DNA from: Eubacteriales bacterium
GTDB lineage: Bacteria; Bacillota; Clostridia; Oscillospirales; CAG-272
Assembly: GCA_041655935.1 (NCBI GenBank)
Contig: JBBAEK010000002.1
Span: forward strand, 5,548-69,547
DNA: 64,000 nt
Reading direction: 5' to 3'
The translations under genes were made by a program, and so were the position numbers. This document shows positions 1 to 10,475 of this stretch, one piece after another (the stretch's first letter is position 1; every line of letters starts with the position of its first letter). Below the pieces are notes generated by a model. That model saw only the letters and a program-made list of their open reading frames with translations. It searched no databases and had not been told where the DNA came from.

Positions 1-513
1 CGTATAGGTCAGGTCCTCCCGCGCGCCGCCCGCCCAGGAATGGTAGGGGTAGGCACCGTGCCCGGTGTTCTCACAAACGCCGTCAATGGCGTTGCGTTCA
101 AAAAAGCTGGGGTCCCCCCGCGTCACGAAATTGGCGCCGGCATGAGGGTAGTATTTGGCGGGCCCCTGGCGGTCATGCGCATTGAGCGCAATGTTGCCGT
201 AGGCGTAAATCTCCTCCTCGAACGGCTCGCTCACCGCGATGGTGTGGCTCTCCCCCGTGAAGGCTTCCTTGCCGTACCCGCCATTACGCAACGGCCCAAA
301 GGGAATCTCAAACTCCAGCCGCCCCCCCGGCACATACAAAAGGCTCTCCGCCAGGCATTCATCCAGTTTGGTGCGTAAAAACTGCCCCTCGCTCATCTGT
401 ACCCGAATGCAGTCGCCCTCGCGGTAGGGTGCCCGGTACTCTGCCCGTATGGAGCTGCCCTTTTCCTCGAAAACCACCTCTTTGTTGACATTGAGCACCT
501 GCAAAGTCAGCAT
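1..513 (-). CDS. hypothetical protein, N-terminal part (gene runs off the left edge of the window)
   Basis: Minus-strand frame is open from ATG (revcomp of cat 511-513, GAGGG Shine-Dalgarno just upstream) to position 1. It is absent from the ORF track because it is truncated. Translation begins MLTLQVLNVNKEVVFEEKGSSIRAEY. The plus ORF 40..378 is its antisense shadow. Divergent from an AraC regulator. Family not recognised. Confidence 0.5.
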   Translation of the reverse strand, partial: MLTLQVLNVNKEVVFEEKGSSIRAEYRAPYREGDCIRVQMSEGQFLRTKLDECLAESLLYVPGGRLEFEIPFGPLRNGGYGKEAFTGESHTIAVSEPFEEEIYAYGNIALNAHDRQGPAKYYPHAGANFVTRGDPSFFERNAIDGVCENTGHGAYPYHSWAGGAREDLTYT

Positions 514-708
514 AGACCCTCGCTCCCTCGCTTTTTCTCTCATGCTTCCATTGTACCATATTTAAATTGCAAATTTATTGCAGAAATGTTAATTGATATT
601 GCAAAGTTCACCATTTTGTGTTATCATAAGGCCACTTGGGCGGCACCGCGCATCAGCGCTGTACGCCTCTGTCAAAAGTATACCATATTGCGCAGAGAAA
701 GGCAATGC

Positions 709-1572
709 ATGAAGTCATGTTTTTATGAAAGCTGCCGCGACGCCGTGCAGGCGGCGGGCAAGGAGCAGGGGTACGGCGTCTACTACTCCGACCGGCAGGA
801 GCCCGACCAGCAGCTGCACATTCACGAGTGCTGTGAGGTGCTGCTCTGCCTGTCGGGGGGCAAGACCTTTTTGATTGACGGGCAGGTCTATGATGTGCAG
901 GACCGGGACCTGTTTGTCATCAACCAGTTTGAGGTGCACAAGATCACCTTTGACCCTCATTGTTATTTTGTCCGCTATATCCTGCAGGTCAATCCGACCT
1001 TCCTCTATGCCCACTCCACCGAAAATACCCGGCTGACCCAGTGCTTTTTCGGGCGGGAGGAGGGCGCACCCGCCAAAATATCACTGACGGAGGACGCCTG
1101 TCAACAGCTTGTCTCTTTGTTTGAGCAACTCAAAGAGGAGCGCGCATACGGCGGGGACCTCTATCAAAAAATGACAGTGATGGAGATTTTGATTGAAATC
1201 AACCGCCTTTTCGCCACCCATTTGGAGGGCTGGGCGGGCGAGGAGGGACACCGCACCATTCAGGCGGCCATTGACTATATCAATGAAAACTATGCCAAAC
1301 CACTCACCCTGCAAAGCGTCGCCAAGCAGGTATACATATCGGTCAACCAGTTAGGCCGTCTGTTCAACCGCTATGGCGGCACCACCGTCTCCCGCTACAT
1401 TGTCTCCAAACGCATCACAGAGGCGAAAAAGCGCCTGCTGGCGGGTCTGTCCATCACCGACACCGCCTACCAGTGCGGATTTAAGGACTATGCGAACTTT
1501 ATCCGCGTGTTCAAAAAGCATGTCGGGCTCCCCCCCGGCCAGTACAGCCGCCAGTCCCGGCCGGCGAAGTAG
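709..1572 (+). CDS. AraC family transcriptional regulator (cupin sensor domain + C-terminal HTH)
   Basis: C-terminus is typical AraC HTH (LTLQSVAKQVYISVNQLGRLF ... DTAYQCGFKDYANFIRVFKK). N-terminal half is cupin-like. ATG at 709 has a GAAAGG RBS; the track ORF starts at 586 in the same frame. Confidence 0.85.
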   Translation: MKSCFYESCRDAVQAAGKEQGYGVYYSDRQEPDQQLHIHECCEVLLCLSGGKTFLIDGQVYDVQDRDLFVINQFEVHKITFDPHCYFVRYILQVNPTFLYAHSTENTRLTQCFFGREEGAPAKISLTEDACQQLVSLFEQLKEERAYGGDLYQKMTVMEILIEINRLFATHLEGWAGEEGHRTIQAAIDYINENYAKPLTLQSVAKQVYISVNQLGRLFNRYGGTTVSRYIVSKRITEAKKRLLAGLSITDTAYQCGFKDYANFIRVFKKHVGLPPGQYSRQSRPAK

Positions 1573-1645
1573 CCCCACCGGAGCTGTGCGCCGTTCCCGG
1601 TAGCAGGATTTTCCCGGAGAAATTGAGCAAAACCTTTGGGAAGCC

Positions 1646-1674
1646 TTTACAAGCGCCCTGAAATATGCTATGAT
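1646..1674 (+). promoter_or_regulatory. sigma-A type promoter for mtaB-glyQS (TTTACA-17-TATGAT, TGc extended -10)
   Basis: TTTACA at 1646-1651, 17-nt spacer, TATGAT at 1669-1674 preceded by TGC. Confidence 0.5.
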
Positions 1675-1729
1675 AACCTATTGAAACACACCGAATTTAC
1701 CGATGATGAAAGAGAAGTTTGGAGGCCTC

Positions 1730-3124
1730 ATGCCACACCGCTACCGTGTCGGGCTCTACACATTAGGCTGCAAGGTTTCCCAGTATGAAACAGAAGCCAT
1801 AGCCGAGGATTTTGTCAAACACGGTTTTGTCGAGTGCCCCTTTGACCAACCCTGTGACATCTATGTCATCAACACCTGCACCGTCACCGCCGAAAGCGAC
1901 CGCAAATCCCGGCAGATGATTCGCCGCGCCATCCGGCAAAACCCCGCCGCGCGGGTGATGGTCGTCGGCTGCAGCGCGCAAAGCCACAGTGCCGCCATGG
2001 CCGCCATCCCCGGCGTTGCCTTTGTCGGCGGTTCCTATGGCAAGATGCGGCTGGCCGAGCGTGCCCTGTCACTGTTGCAAGCGCCCGCCGCCCCCCCCCT
2101 CTGTGAGGTGGGGGATGTCAATGCCGTCCCCTATGAGGAGATGACCATCAACCGCACCACCGGTGCCCGCACCCGCGCCCACTTCCCCGCGGAGACCGAT
2201 ACCGACACGACGGCCAACGTCCGCACCACCGGTGCCCGCACCCGCGCCTATGTGAAAATAGAGGACGGCTGTGAGTGCTGCTGCAGCTATTGCGCCATTC
2301 CGGCGGCGCGCGGTTCGGTCAAGTCGCGCCGGCCCGCCGACGTACTGGCGGAGGTCAACCGACTGGCCCGGGAGGGCACCCGGGAAGTGGTGTTGATCGG
2401 TATTGAAATCGCCTCTTACGGTGCGGATTTTGACAACTATCGTTTGCTTGATTTGCTGGAAACATTAGACGCTCAAAGCACCGTTGAGCGGATGCGGTTG
2501 GGTTCTCTCACCCCCGAGTTTTTGAAAGAGGATGTGATTGCCCGCCTGGCAAAGCTTCGCCGGCTCACCCCCCACTTTCACCTGTCGGTGCAGAGCGGCT
2601 CGAGTCCGGTGCTGGCCGCCATGAAGCGGCGCTACCGCGCCGAGCAGGTGCTGACAGCCGTCGGGCAGTTGCGGGCGAACATCCCGTCGGTACAGTTTAC
2701 CGCCGATATCATGGTGGGTTTTCCGGGCGAGAGCGAGGAAATGTTTGAGCAGACCCTCGATTTTTGCCGTCGGGTGGGCTTTTTGAACCTGCACATCTTT
2801 GTTTACTCCGCTCGACCGGGCACGCCCGCCGCCACCTATCCCGACCAAGTCCCCCCCGCCATTGCCAAGTCCCGCAGCGCCGCCCTGGCACGCCTGCGCG
2901 ACAAGATGCGGGCGGAACTATACGCCGGGGTCATCGCCCAGGGCAGGCCGCTGCCGGTGATTTTTGAAAGCGAGGAGCAGGGGCTGTGGTCGGGACATTC
3001 GGACAACTTCATGCCCGTCCTTGCCCACAGTGAGGAAAATATCCGGGGCGAGCTTTTGTGGGTGAAGCCCCAAGCAGTCCGCGGGGACTGTCTATACGGA
3101 ACCATTACAAACTGGGAGAGATAA
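1730..3124 (+). CDS. mtaB: tRNA threonylcarbamoyladenosine methylthiotransferase MtaB (radical SAM MiaB-like)
   Basis: [21 protein letters not shown]-terminal MTTase domain, radical-SAM Cys motif [10 protein letters not shown]-terminal TRAM-like region. ATG 1730 follows GGAGG (1721-1725); track start 1703 is in the same frame. Confidence 0.88.
   Translation: MPHRYRVGLYTLGCKVSQYETEAIAEDFVKHGFVECPFDQPCDIYVINTCTVTAESDRKSRQMIRRAIRQNPAARVMVVGCSAQSHSAAMAAIPGVAFVGGSYGKMRLAERALSLLQAPAAPPLCEVGDVNAVPYEEMTINRTTGARTRAHFPAETDTDTTANVRTTGARTRAYVKIEDGCECCCSYCAIPAARGSVKSRRPADVLAEVNRLAREGTREVVLIGIEIASYGADFDNYRLLDLLETLDAQSTVERMRLGSLTPEFLKEDVIARLAKLRRLTPHFHLSVQSGSSPVLAAMKRRYRAEQVLTAVGQLRANIPSVQFTADIMVGFPGESEEMFEQTLDFCRRVGFLNLHIFVYSARPGTPAATYPDQVPPAIAKSRSAALARLRDKMRAELYAGVIAQGRPLPVIFESEEQGLWSGHSDNFMPVLAHSEENIRGELLWVKPQAVRGDCLYGTITNWER
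2152..2248 (+). repeat. exact 28-bp direct repeat pair (2152-2179 and 2221-2248), offset 69 bp, inside mtaB
   Basis: CCGCACCACCGGTGCCCGCACCCGCGCC occurs twice, 69 nt (23 codons) apart. It encodes RTTGARTRA twice, immediately before the radical-SAM Cys motif. Confidence 0.95.
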
Positions 3125-3125
3125 C

Positions 3126-4517
3126 ATGGACAACACAAAAAAAACAATGGACAAGATTGTCGCCCTCTGTAAGAACCGCGGCATCATTTACCCCGGCTCC
3201 GAGATTTACGGCGGGCTTGCCAACTCGTGGGACTACGGCCCCTTGGGCGTGGCGCTGAAAAACAATGTGAAACAAGCGTGGTGGAAGCGCTTCATCCAGG
3301 AGAGCCGCTACAATGTAGGGCTGGACAGCGCCATCATCGTCAACCCGCGGGTCTGGGTGGCGTCGGGTCATGTGGGCGGTTTTTCCGATCCCCTCATGGA
3401 CTGCCGTGCCTGCAAAACCCGCCATCGCGCCGATAAATTGATTGAGGAGCATGTCGCCGCGCACGGCCTGTCGGACAACCCTGCCGGCTGGGACTTCGCG
3501 CGCATGGCGGCGTATATTAAGGAGCAGGGGATCACCTGCCCCTCGTGCGGCTCGACCGATTTTACCGAGATTAAAAAGTTCAACCTGATGTTCAAAACCT
3601 ACCAGGGCGTGACCGAGGACTCCACCACCGAGCTCTACCTGCGCCCCGAAACGGCACAGGGCATTTTCGTCAACTTCAAGAACATCGCGCGCTCTACCCG
3701 CCGCAAACTGCCCTTCGGCGTGGGACAGATAGGCAAATCCTTCAGAAACGAGATCACCCCCGGCAATTTTGTCTTTCGTACCCGGGAGTTCGAGCAGATG
3801 GAGCTGGAGTTCTTCTGCAAGCCGGGCACTGACCTTGAGTGGTTCGCCTACTGGAAGGACTTCTGCGCCTGCTTCCTTTACGACCTCGGGCTGCACAAGG
3901 AAAACCTCAAGCTCCGCGACCACGACCCGGATGAGCTGAGCTTTTACTCCAAAGCCACCACCGACTTCGAGTACCTCTTCCCCTTTGGCTGGGGCGAGCT
4001 GTGGGGCATTGCCGACCGCACCGACTACGACCTGACCCAGCACCAGAACACCAGCGGGGAGTCCATGGAATACTTTGACCCGGAGACCAACGAAAAGTAT
4101 GTTCCCTATGTCATCGAGCCCTCTTTGGGGGCTGACCGCGTCCTGTTGGCGTTTTTGGTGGACGCCTATGACGAGGAAGTGGTGGGCGAGGGCGATACGC
4201 GCGTGGTACTGCGCCTGCACCCCGCGCTGGCACCCGTGAAGGCCGCCGTGCTCCCCCTGTCCAAGAAATTGAGCGAGGGCGCCACCGCCCTGTACGACCG
4301 CCTGGCCAAGCATTTTCCCGTCGAGTTTGACGAGACCGGCTCGATCGGCAAGCGCTACCGCCGCCAGGATGAAATCGGCACTCCCTTCTGCGTCACCTAC
4401 GATTTCGACACCGAAACAGACGGCGCGGTCACCGTGCGCGAGCGGGACAGCATGACGCAAGTGCGCCTGCCCATGGACGAGGTGTCGGCGTATATCGCCT
4501 CCAAAATCACATTTTAA
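3126..4517 (+). CDS. glyQS: glycine--tRNA ligase (homodimeric GlyQS type)
   Basis: [34 protein letters not shown] and class II motifs throughout. The start lies 1 nt after the mtaB stop. Confidence 0.95.
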   Translation: MDNTKKTMDKIVALCKNRGIIYPGSEIYGGLANSWDYGPLGVALKNNVKQAWWKRFIQESRYNVGLDSAIIVNPRVWVASGHVGGFSDPLMDCRACKTRHRADKLIEEHVAAHGLSDNPAGWDFARMAAYIKEQGITCPSCGSTDFTEIKKFNLMFKTYQGVTEDSTTELYLRPETAQGIFVNFKNIARSTRRKLPFGVGQIGKSFRNEITPGNFVFRTREFEQMELEFFCKPGTDLEWFAYWKDFCACFLYDLGLHKENLKLRDHDPDELSFYSKATTDFEYLFPFGWGELWGIADRTDYDLTQHQNTSGESMEYFDPETNEKYVPYVIEPSLGADRVLLAFLVDAYDEEVVGEGDTRVVLRLHPALAPVKAAVLPLSKKLSEGATALYDRLAKHFPVEFDETGSIGKRYRRQDEIGTPFCVTYDFDTETDGAVTVRERDSMTQVRLPMDEVSAYIASKITF

Positions 4518-4691
4518 CCCGAGTCCGCCTTTCGCCACGGTTTTTTTGCGTGCCTCGAAAGGGCGCGCAGCCCTCTGGGGGAAGGAACCGGCCCCGGCTT
4601 TTCTTTCGCATGAACGGCCGCCCTTTTTCATATACTACCCAAGGGTCACTGCCAAGGTAGTGATGCAAACAATGTAAAGGAGAAGACAAAC

Positions 4692-5453
4692 ATGCCGCAG
4701 TGGTTACAGAATTTATGGGACACCCTCCGGGCAAATGCAGACACCGTGCTTCGTTTTATACTGGTACTGGTTGTCGGCTACCTGCTGATTCGCTTGCTGT
4801 TGTCCTTCGTGAAACGCGCCTTTGGCCGCTCGAAGATTGAACGCGCCATCGTGGGCTTTATCACGCAGCTCATCAAAATCGCCCTCTATATCGTCTATAT
4901 CATCAGCCTCTGCTCCCTGCTGGGCATCCCCACCACCTCGCTGGTCGCCCTGCTGTCGGCAGGCGCCCTAACCGTTTCGCTGGCAATGCAAAATTCCCTG
5001 TCCAACATCGCCAGCGGCTTTCTCATTCTTTCCAACAAAATCTTCAAGGTAGGGGACACCGTTGAAGCGGCGGGCGTCTCGGGAGTGGTGCAGTCGGTCA
5101 ACATCATGAGAACCGTGCTGTTGACCTTTGACAACAAGGTGGTTTCCCTTCCGAACAATGCCGTCATGAACGCCAACATTACCAACCTGTCCGCCCACAG
5201 CGAACGCATGCTCGACATGACCGTTACCGTGGGGGCGCGTAGCGATATCGAGCAGGTCAAGGGCATTCTGATGGACATTCTCAGCGACCATGAAAAAGTG
5301 CTGAAAGACAAAGAGATGAGCGCCAGGCTGAAAAACCGTACCCTCGCCGCACTGGACTTTTCCGTGCGCGTCTGGACGAGGAGCGAGGATTATGCCGAGC
5401 TGCAAAGCGACCTGCTCGAGACCATCACCGCGAGGCTCGCAGCGTTAGGCTGA
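4692..5453 (+). CDS. mechanosensitive ion channel family protein (MscS-like)
   Basis: Three N-terminal TM helices followed by the MscS beta-domain signature (GDTVEAAGVSGVVQSVNIMRTVLLTFDNKVVSLPN). AAGGAG RBS. Confidence 0.85.
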   Translation: MPQWLQNLWDTLRANADTVLRFILVLVVGYLLIRLLLSFVKRAFGRSKIERAIVGFITQLIKIALYIVYIISLCSLLGIPTTSLVALLSAGALTVSLAMQNSLSNIASGFLILSNKIFKVGDTVEAAGVSGVVQSVNIMRTVLLTFDNKVVSLPNNAVMNANITNLSAHSERMLDMTVTVGARSDIEQVKGILMDILSDHEKVLKDKEMSARLKNRTLAALDFSVRVWTRSEDYAELQSDLLETITARLAALG

Positions 5454-5510
5454 GAGGCACCCCCACAGCGATCCGACTTATACTGATCATTCACCAGAAG
5501 GAGTTTTTTT

Positions 5511-6890
5511 ATGGGCAAGTATTTTGGCACCGATGGTTTCCGCGGGGAGGCCAATAAGACACTGACAGCGGAGCACGCCTTTCGCACGGGGCGGTTTTTA
5601 GGCTGGTATTACGGTCCTGCCGGGCACGGACTGCGCCCGCGGGCACGGATTGTGGTGGGCAAGGACCCCCGCCTCTCCTCCTATATGCTGGAGTATGCGC
5701 TGATGGCCGGGCTGGCTTCCTCCGGGGCGGACGCCTATATGCTGCATGTCACCACCACCCCCTCCATCGCCTTTGTGACCCGTGGGGATGATTTCGACTG
5801 CGGCGTGATGATTTCTGCCTCCCACAACCCCTTTTACGACAACGGTATCAAGATCATCAGTGCCAAGGGCGAGAAGCTGGAGGAGGAGGTCATCACCCTC
5901 ATTGAGTCCTACTTGGACGGGGACCTGTCCCCCCTGGGTGTCATCGCGCCCGATTTGCCCTTGGCGACGGGTGCGGATATCGGCTGCATTGTGGACTACT
6001 ACAGCGGCCGCAACCGCTATGTCGGCTACCTTATCTCACTGGCTGCCCATTCTTTCAAGAGTCTGCGCATCGGGCTGGACTGTGCCAACGGCGCCGCCTG
6101 GATGATCGCCCGGTCGGTCTTTGAAGCCTTAGGGGCGAAAACCCATGTCATCAATGCCGAACCCGACGGGGTCAATATCAATCGCAATGCCGGCTCCACG
6201 CATATCGAGCAGTTGCAGCGATTTGTCACCGACAACCGTCTGGATGTCGGCTTTGCCTTTGACGGGGATGCCGACAGGTGCCTGGCAGTGGACGAAGAAG
6301 GAAAGGTCGTCACGGGGGACCATATTCTCTACATTTTTGCAAAAATGCTGCGCGACCAGAACATATTGGCACAAAACACCGTGGTCACCACCGTGATGTC
6401 CAACATCGGGCTGTACAAAGCGCTGGATGAGCTGGGGATCCGCTCTGTCAAAACCGCCGTGGGCGACAAACATGTCTATGAAAACATGCAGGAGAACGGG
6501 TATTGTCTGGGCGGCGAGCAGTCGGGGCATATCATCCTGAGCAAGTACGCTACCACCGGCGACGGCATCCTCACCGCCATCAAGCTGGCCGAGGCGATGG
6601 TCGCCTCTAAATTACCTCTCAGCAAGCTGACCGAGTCCATGCCCTTTTTCCCGCAGGCGGTGCGCAGTGTGCAGGTGGTGGACAAAGGAAAAGTGACCGA
6701 AAACCCGCACATCAAAGCAGAAGTGACCGCCATCACCAAACAGTTGGGGGACAACGGCCGCATCCTGCTCAGGGCCAGCGGCACCGAGCCGGTGGTGCGC
6801 ATCATGGTCGAGGCGCCCACAGAGTTGGTCTGCCAAGCGATGCTGAAACGCATCGAGGATATCATCATTCAATATAGACTCTATCTGTAA
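5511..6890 (+). CDS. glmM: phosphoglucosamine mutase
   Basis: MGKYFGTDGFRGEAN start, active-site SASHNP, GDGDADR metal loop. 459 aa. Confidence 0.95.
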   Translation: MGKYFGTDGFRGEANKTLTAEHAFRTGRFLGWYYGPAGHGLRPRARIVVGKDPRLSSYMLEYALMAGLASSGADAYMLHVTTTPSIAFVTRGDDFDCGVMISASHNPFYDNGIKIISAKGEKLEEEVITLIESYLDGDLSPLGVIAPDLPLATGADIGCIVDYYSGRNRYVGYLISLAAHSFKSLRIGLDCANGAAWMIARSVFEALGAKTHVINAEPDGVNINRNAGSTHIEQLQRFVTDNRLDVGFAFDGDADRCLAVDEEGKVVTGDHILYIFAKMLRDQNILAQNTVVTTVMSNIGLYKALDELGIRSVKTAVGDKHVYENMQENGYCLGGEQSGHIILSKYATTGDGILTAIKLAEAMVASKLPLSKLTESMPFFPQAVRSVQVVDKGKVTENPHIKAEVTAITKQLGDNGRILLRASGTEPVVRIMVEAPTELVCQAMLKRIEDIIIQYRLYL

Positions 6891-6905
6891 AGGAAGAAAA
6901 GACTC

Positions 6906-8030
6906 ATGAAGCTGAAAAAACCGGCAAAAGTCACTGTTTGGGTCCTGGTCGGTGTGTTGGGCGCGGTAGCTGCCGTGATGCTGGGCTACCTGATTTTCCT
7001 GCTGAGCACCTACAACCGTTTGGAGGACAACCTGTCGCTGGAGATTGAGGCAGGGGCACACACCGAGTCCGACCTTGTCGTTCCGATCATCAAAGAGCTG
7101 AATATCATCACCTGGAACATGGGATTTGGTGCTTACAGCCCGAACTTTGACTATATCCTGGACGGCGGCAGTGAGTCCCGGGCGCCCTCCGACCGCACGG
7201 TCCGAGAGAACATGAACGCTGCCCTGGCCCTGCTCTACAACGACTATGCCGGCGGCACCGACTTCTTTTTGCTACAGGAAATCGATACAGACGCCACCCG
7301 CAGCCACCGGGTCGATCAAAAAAGGTTGGCACTGGAGAAATTTGATGTTTACTATGCTGCCTTTGGCAGCACCGCCCATACCCCCTACCTCCGCCACCCC
7401 CTGTCTGCCCCGCTGGGAAAGATCGACTCGGGGATGTTCACCCTGTCCTTCTTTGAGCCGTCCGAAGCGGTGCGCCGCAGCCTGCCCACCGAGGAGGGAC
7501 TGCGCAAGTTTTCCGACCTGGACCGCTGCTACACCCTCACCAAAATTCCGGTGGAAAACGGCCGGTACCTCTGCCTCTACAATGTCCAGCTACCGGCCTA
7601 TACCAAGGACCCTGAGGTGGCAAAAGAACAGCTCAGGCAGTTGCTTGAAGCCATGGACATGGAGGTTTATGCGGGCAACTATGTGATTGCCGGCGGGGAC
7701 TTCGGGTATGATTTGCTGGAGGACTCTGCGCAGTATTTTGAGAGTGAAGCCCAAAAGGATGAGGCCTGGGCTCCCGCGCTGCCCGACGACCTGATTACTG
7801 CTCTGCGACTGGTCAACGATGTCGATTTTACCGAAACCCCCACCCCCTCCTGCCGCAAAGCGGACAGCCCTTATCAGGCAGGCAAAAGCTTGGTACTGAC
7901 CACCGACGGCTTTTTGGTCTCGGGCAATGTGCGGGTGGAGCTGGTGGAGGTCATTGACACGGGTTTTGCCTACTCCGACCACAACCCGGTCCGCATGACC
8001 TTCCACTTGCTGCCGATGGCTCCCGATTAA
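6906..8030 (+). CDS. membrane-anchored endonuclease/exonuclease/phosphatase (EEP) family protein
   Basis: N-terminal TM helix. EEP motifs (ITWNMGFGAY ... LLQEID ... GGDFG ... SDHNPV). Confidence 0.75.
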   Translation: MKLKKPAKVTVWVLVGVLGAVAAVMLGYLIFLLSTYNRLEDNLSLEIEAGAHTESDLVVPIIKELNIITWNMGFGAYSPNFDYILDGGSESRAPSDRTVRENMNAALALLYNDYAGGTDFFLLQEIDTDATRSHRVDQKRLALEKFDVYYAAFGSTAHTPYLRHPLSAPLGKIDSGMFTLSFFEPSEAVRRSLPTEEGLRKFSDLDRCYTLTKIPVENGRYLCLYNVQLPAYTKDPEVAKEQLRQLLEAMDMEVYAGNYVIAGGDFGYDLLEDSAQYFESEAQKDEAWAPALPDDLITALRLVNDVDFTETPTPSCRKADSPYQAGKSLVLTTDGFLVSGNVRVELVEVIDTGFAYSDHNPVRMTFHLLPMAPD

Positions 8031-8214
8031 GGTATCCGACCGTCGCCCGACCGATTTGGCTCGTGTCCGCCCATGGCACACGGCATGCCCCCTCTGTGAG
8101 CCAAAACAGAGGGGGTTTGCGCATCCAATCAACCTTTGCCTGCCCAAACAGAACAGCCGGCTTGGTATCCGAGCGAGAAACATGCCCCAAGAACCATCCA
8201 CAAAGGAAGTGCTT

Positions 8215-8919
8215 ATGAACTTGTCCGAGTACCGTTTCAAAATAGAACTGCACGCCCACTCCGCTCCTGTCAGCCCCTGTGCCGACATGACCCCGGAGGC
8301 ATTGGTTGACATTTATCAACAATTAGGCTTTGATGCCCTCGTCCTCACCAACCACTTCAATGAGGAGGTGTTGGCAGCCTCCCCGGCAGGCATGAGCCGG
8401 GTGGACTATTATCTCAGTGATTACGACCGTGCCCGGCGTCGGGGTGCGGAGGTAGGGCTGTCCGTGTTATTAGGACTGGAGATTCGCTTTACGGAGAACC
8501 ATAACGACTACCTGGTATACGGGGTGACCGAAGGGGAGCTGCCCGTTGCCGCCGGGTATTTTGACAAGGGGTTGGCCGCCTTTTATCAAGGATTCAAAAA
8601 TGACCGCAACCTCATCCTGCAGGCGCACCCTTTCCGCTCCGGGATGCAGCTGGCCGATCCCGCCTGCTTAGACGGCATAGAAACCTTCAATATGCACCCC
8701 GGCCACAACTCGCGGGTGGCAGTCGCCGCTCGCTATGCCGCGGCACAGGGATGCCTGGCGGTGGGCGGGTCGGATGCCCATTTGCCTGCCCACGCGGGCG
8801 GCGCGGCCCTGCGCACCAAGACCCTGCCCGCCACCTCCGACGAGCTGGCCGCCCTGCTTAAAAGCCGGGACTACCTCTTTGACATTGGCGGTAGCCTGGT
8901 GCTGCCTTACGGCATCTGA
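8215..8919 (+). CDS. PHP domain metal-dependent phosphoesterase
   Basis: IELHAHSAPVSPCA ... LTNHFN ... QAHPFR ... GGSDAH motifs. ATG 8215 follows AAAGGAAG; track ORF starts at 8056 in the same frame. Confidence 0.75.
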   Translation: MNLSEYRFKIELHAHSAPVSPCADMTPEALVDIYQQLGFDALVLTNHFNEEVLAASPAGMSRVDYYLSDYDRARRRGAEVGLSVLLGLEIRFTENHNDYLVYGVTEGELPVAAGYFDKGLAAFYQGFKNDRNLILQAHPFRSGMQLADPACLDGIETFNMHPGHNSRVAVAARYAAAQGCLAVGGSDAHLPAHAGGAALRTKTLPATSDELAALLKSRDYLFDIGGSLVLPYGI

Positions 8920-8978
8920 TAAGCCAACGCCTCTGGAGGTTTTGGCCTCTTGCCGCCGCCGCGCCGTGGACGACCCCC

Positions 8979-9578
8979 TCAGACGGTCTCTGTTTCCTGA
9001 ATATGCAGTACCAAAAAAACCAGCATGAGAAACGAAAAGTAAATGCACTGTCCCCGAAACCACAAGAACCCCAGCGAAACAAACAGCACCCCCACGATAC
9101 ACAAAAGCGAGGTGACACGGCAGACAAGCCATGCCCGTTCGGCATCGGTTTTCATAGACACCACCGCCGAGAGCGCCCTGCCCCCGTCCAGCGTTTGGAT
9201 GGGTAGCAGATTGCCCGCGGCGACCAACAGCTGCATGGTGGCGCACAGGAGCAGGTACCCCTCTGCCTGCCGCGCAAACAATAGGCAAAGAGCGGCGGCG
9301 GCAAGGTTGGCGGTGGGACCGGCCAGTGCCGTCAGAAGTTCCTTCCGGTAGGACAGCGAACGCGCCGATAAGATGCGTACCCCCCCGGGACAGCCCCGGA
9401 TTTTCGGGGGTGGCTCTCCCAGTAGCGAGAAGGAAAGCAAGTGCCCGCATTCGTGCAGCACCACGGCAAACACCACCGCCAGCGTGACGGCAACCGTTTC
9501 GTAGCACAGCATCGCCGCTGTCCATAGCGCGGTCGGAATGGCGGAGATCACCCTGCCCCAGACTGCCCGCCTGCCCAT
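8979..9578 (-). CDS. site-2 protease (M50) family membrane metalloprotease
   Basis: HECGH (HExxH) in a TM helix plus NLLPIQTLDGG motif. Polytopic, 199 aa. Confidence 0.75.
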   Translation of the reverse strand: MGRRAVWGRVISAIPTALWTAAMLCYETVAVTLAVVFAVVLHECGHLLSFSLLGEPPPKIRGCPGGVRILSARSLSYRKELLTALAGPTANLAAAALCLLFARQAEGYLLLCATMQLLVAAGNLLPIQTLDGGRALSAVVSMKTDAERAWLVCRVTSLLCIVGVLFVSLGFLWFRGQCIYFSFLMLVFLVLHIQETETV

Positions 9579-9857
9579 ACACCTGCCCCCTTTTCTCTTC
9601 GCTCAGCTTTCCCAATATATGAAAACCCTTGCCTGTTTAGACATGGACATGACTGCTCCGGCGGCTCCTTTGGCGGCAGGTTTCAGGCGTGACATCGACC
9701 ACACCAAAATCCCCTTGCCCCAGCCTCTCCCCTGCCAAGCCGCCCCCCGGCCACGGAAAACACAAGCCCTGCCGCGCTCCTTTGCCGGAGCGGACAGGGC
9801 TGTTTTGGTAAGGGCTATTCGTTGTGTCAGGCAAGAGACGGGGCAAACCCGCCGCCC

Positions 9858-10022
9858 TTAGGAGGCATCAGCGGGAGAAAACTGCTCCTTGGGTGCGCCG
9901 CAAACCGGGCAGACATAATTCTCGTCAAGATCCGCCCACTTGGTGCCGGCGGGGATGTCGTTTTCAGGCTCGCCTACTGCCTCGTCGTATTCATAGCCGC
10001 AGATGTCACAGATGTATTTCAT
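9858..10022 (-). CDS. rubredoxin (54 aa, below the ORF-track cutoff)
   Basis: Hand translation: MKYICDICGYEYDEAVGEPENDIPAGTKWADLDENYVCPVCGAPKEQFSPADAS. Contains CxxCG and CPxCG motifs. AGGAGG RBS upstream. Confidence 0.85.
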   Translation of the reverse strand: MKYICDICGYEYDEAVGEPENDIPAGTKWADLDENYVCPVCGAPKEQFSPADAS

Positions 10023-10048
10023 CGCAAACCCTCCTGTTTATTTGATTT

Positions 10049-10423
10049 TTACGCTTTCCAAAGTCCGTGCAGGTTGCAGTATTCGTAAGCGGCAACCACC
10101 TCGTCGCCGTCACAAATCATGAAGGTTGCCACGGGCGGCTGCCCGGGCTTCAGTGCTTTCCGTTGGTTGCCTTGCTTGGTTTGCAGCGCCACCCATTCAA
10201 TGTAATGCTCAGGCAGCATGGGGTGGTCGACAGAGCCGATACGCACCGTGACCACGTTGCCCTTGACCTCTACCACAGGCACGTGCTTTTCCTTGGAGGC
10301 GTCAATCGTGTTGGGGACCAGCTCAGACATCTCCTCATTGCAGCAGACCACCGCCACGCCCTTGTTTGCGGCGTATGCGATCAGATTCCCGCATTGCTTG
10401 CAGGCGAAAAATCTCATTTCCAT
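10049..10423 (-). CDS. dfx: desulfoferrodoxin (2Fe superoxide reductase)
   Basis: N-terminal desulforedoxin-like CKQCGN...VVCCNEEM. C-terminal SOR domain (KHVPVV ... HPMLPEHYIEW ... CNLHGLW). ATG at 10423 follows AAGGAGAAGGAGAA; track ORF is extended to 10501. Confidence 0.9.
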   Translation of the reverse strand: MEMRFFACKQCGNLIAYAANKGVAVVCCNEEMSELVPNTIDASKEKHVPVVEVKGNVVTVRIGSVDHPMLPEHYIEWVALQTKQGNQRKALKPGQPPVATFMICDGDEVVAAYEYCNLHGLWKA

Positions 10424-10475
10424 GTTGTTCTCCTTCTCCTTATTGTATTTGGAATAACCGATCTCAATCAAGTGG

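Noticed and set aside
3105-4631. Very long ORFs antisense to real genes. Examples: 3105..4631 (508 aa, opposite glyQS), 10485..11810 (opposite fprA), 28966..30384 (opposite secA), 39583..41109 (opposite proS), 44689..45687, 51869..53188, 57233..58963.
   Set aside because: They are typical GC-rich-genome shadow ORFs. Their translations are low-complexity and Arg/Gly/Ala/His/Pro-rich with no recognisable motifs. The opposite strand in each case encodes a protein with unmistakable family signatures.
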